Assembly: GCA_965112735.1 (NCBI GenBank)
Contig: OZ218964.1
Location: forward strand, 1,612,001 to 1,676,000
DNA length: 64,000 bases
From: Phaeosaccion multiseriatum
Taxonomy: Eukaryota > Protista > Ochrophyta, other classes
Direction: 5' to 3'
This document shows, one piece after another, positions 63,460 to 64,000 of this stretch. Within the stretch, counting starts at the first letter, position 1. The number at the start of each line of letters is the position of its first letter. The notes below the pieces were generated by a model. That model did not search any database and was not told where the DNA came from. It was given only the letters and a program-made list of their open reading frames with translations. The position numbers and the translations under genes were made by a program.

Positions 63460-64000
63460 AGGTATTAACGTTAGGATAATCGGGTTGGTCGGATTGTTAT
63501 TAACTTTTTTTTATGAAAGAAAGAGTAAAGTGTACATAGAACGGATCAAGCACATGATAATTGTGTATCACCAACTGTCTACCATCCCGTCGTATTATCA
63601 CGGAGCGACGGTGTGCATGCAGTTAGACCCGACCCGACCATTGATAGGGGGGGTTGTAGCATGACTGTCTTGTCTTGAGTCTTGGAGCGTTGGCTGCTGC
63701 TCCAGGGTCAACATTTGTTTAGTGAGGGAGTCTAGTCCAGCGCAGGGCGTGATGGCGCTCTTTTTCGTCACTCGTCACTCACCAACACACCCACTCACGC
63801 ACTAATGCCCTCACCCACTCACTCACTCACTCACTCACTCACTCTATCCCTCACGCACGTACGCACGCACGCACGCACTCACGCTGATGTGTGTGTGTGG
63901 GTGGGTGGGTTGGGTGCATCCGTGTGTGACGCGCTTCTGCTTAGGAGTCGGTCCACCCGGTCCAGCCACACCCCCACCCCCCTCGGCTTATCTTCCCTTG

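Noticed and set aside
1-64000. Alternative nuclear genetic code (UGA=Trp)
   Set aside because: TGA terminates several genes at sensible ends, TGG encodes conserved Trp throughout, and only one in-frame TGA was found.

Overview
Gene-dense, intron-rich eukaryotic nuclear DNA with GT-AG introns, high GC and very many microsatellites. A signal peptide plus ASAFAP-type plastid presequence and a DNAAF1/ODA7 gene point to a photosynthetic ochrophyte (stramenopile alga) that retains flagellar genes (inference). By manual splicing I reconstruct about 16 protein genes and one tRNA-Val(TAC). Recognisable genes: RPL36, DNAAF1, an STK16-type kinase, U1-C, NOG2/GNL2, a class-3 lipase, a small SET protein, a polyQ bZIP and an FHA/coiled-coil protein. 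The most notable item is a convergent gene pair: an ankyrin-pseudokinase-degenerate PARP protein, and a ~10 kb spliced TPR-BC-box-nucleotidyltransferase gene that the ORF track fragments. Their layout echoes OAS/RNase L logic (hypothesis). Other highlights are a UEV-F-box-Tudor-Ubl fusion, a triple-PAS-ankyrin sensor, an intron-colonised bacterial-type DUF2141 gene, a plastid-protein gene with an in-frame UGA, and a ~700-nt intergenic block rich in G-U-containing stems. All domain calls are by-eye motif recognition, and exon boundaries are predicted from splice signals and frame continuity.
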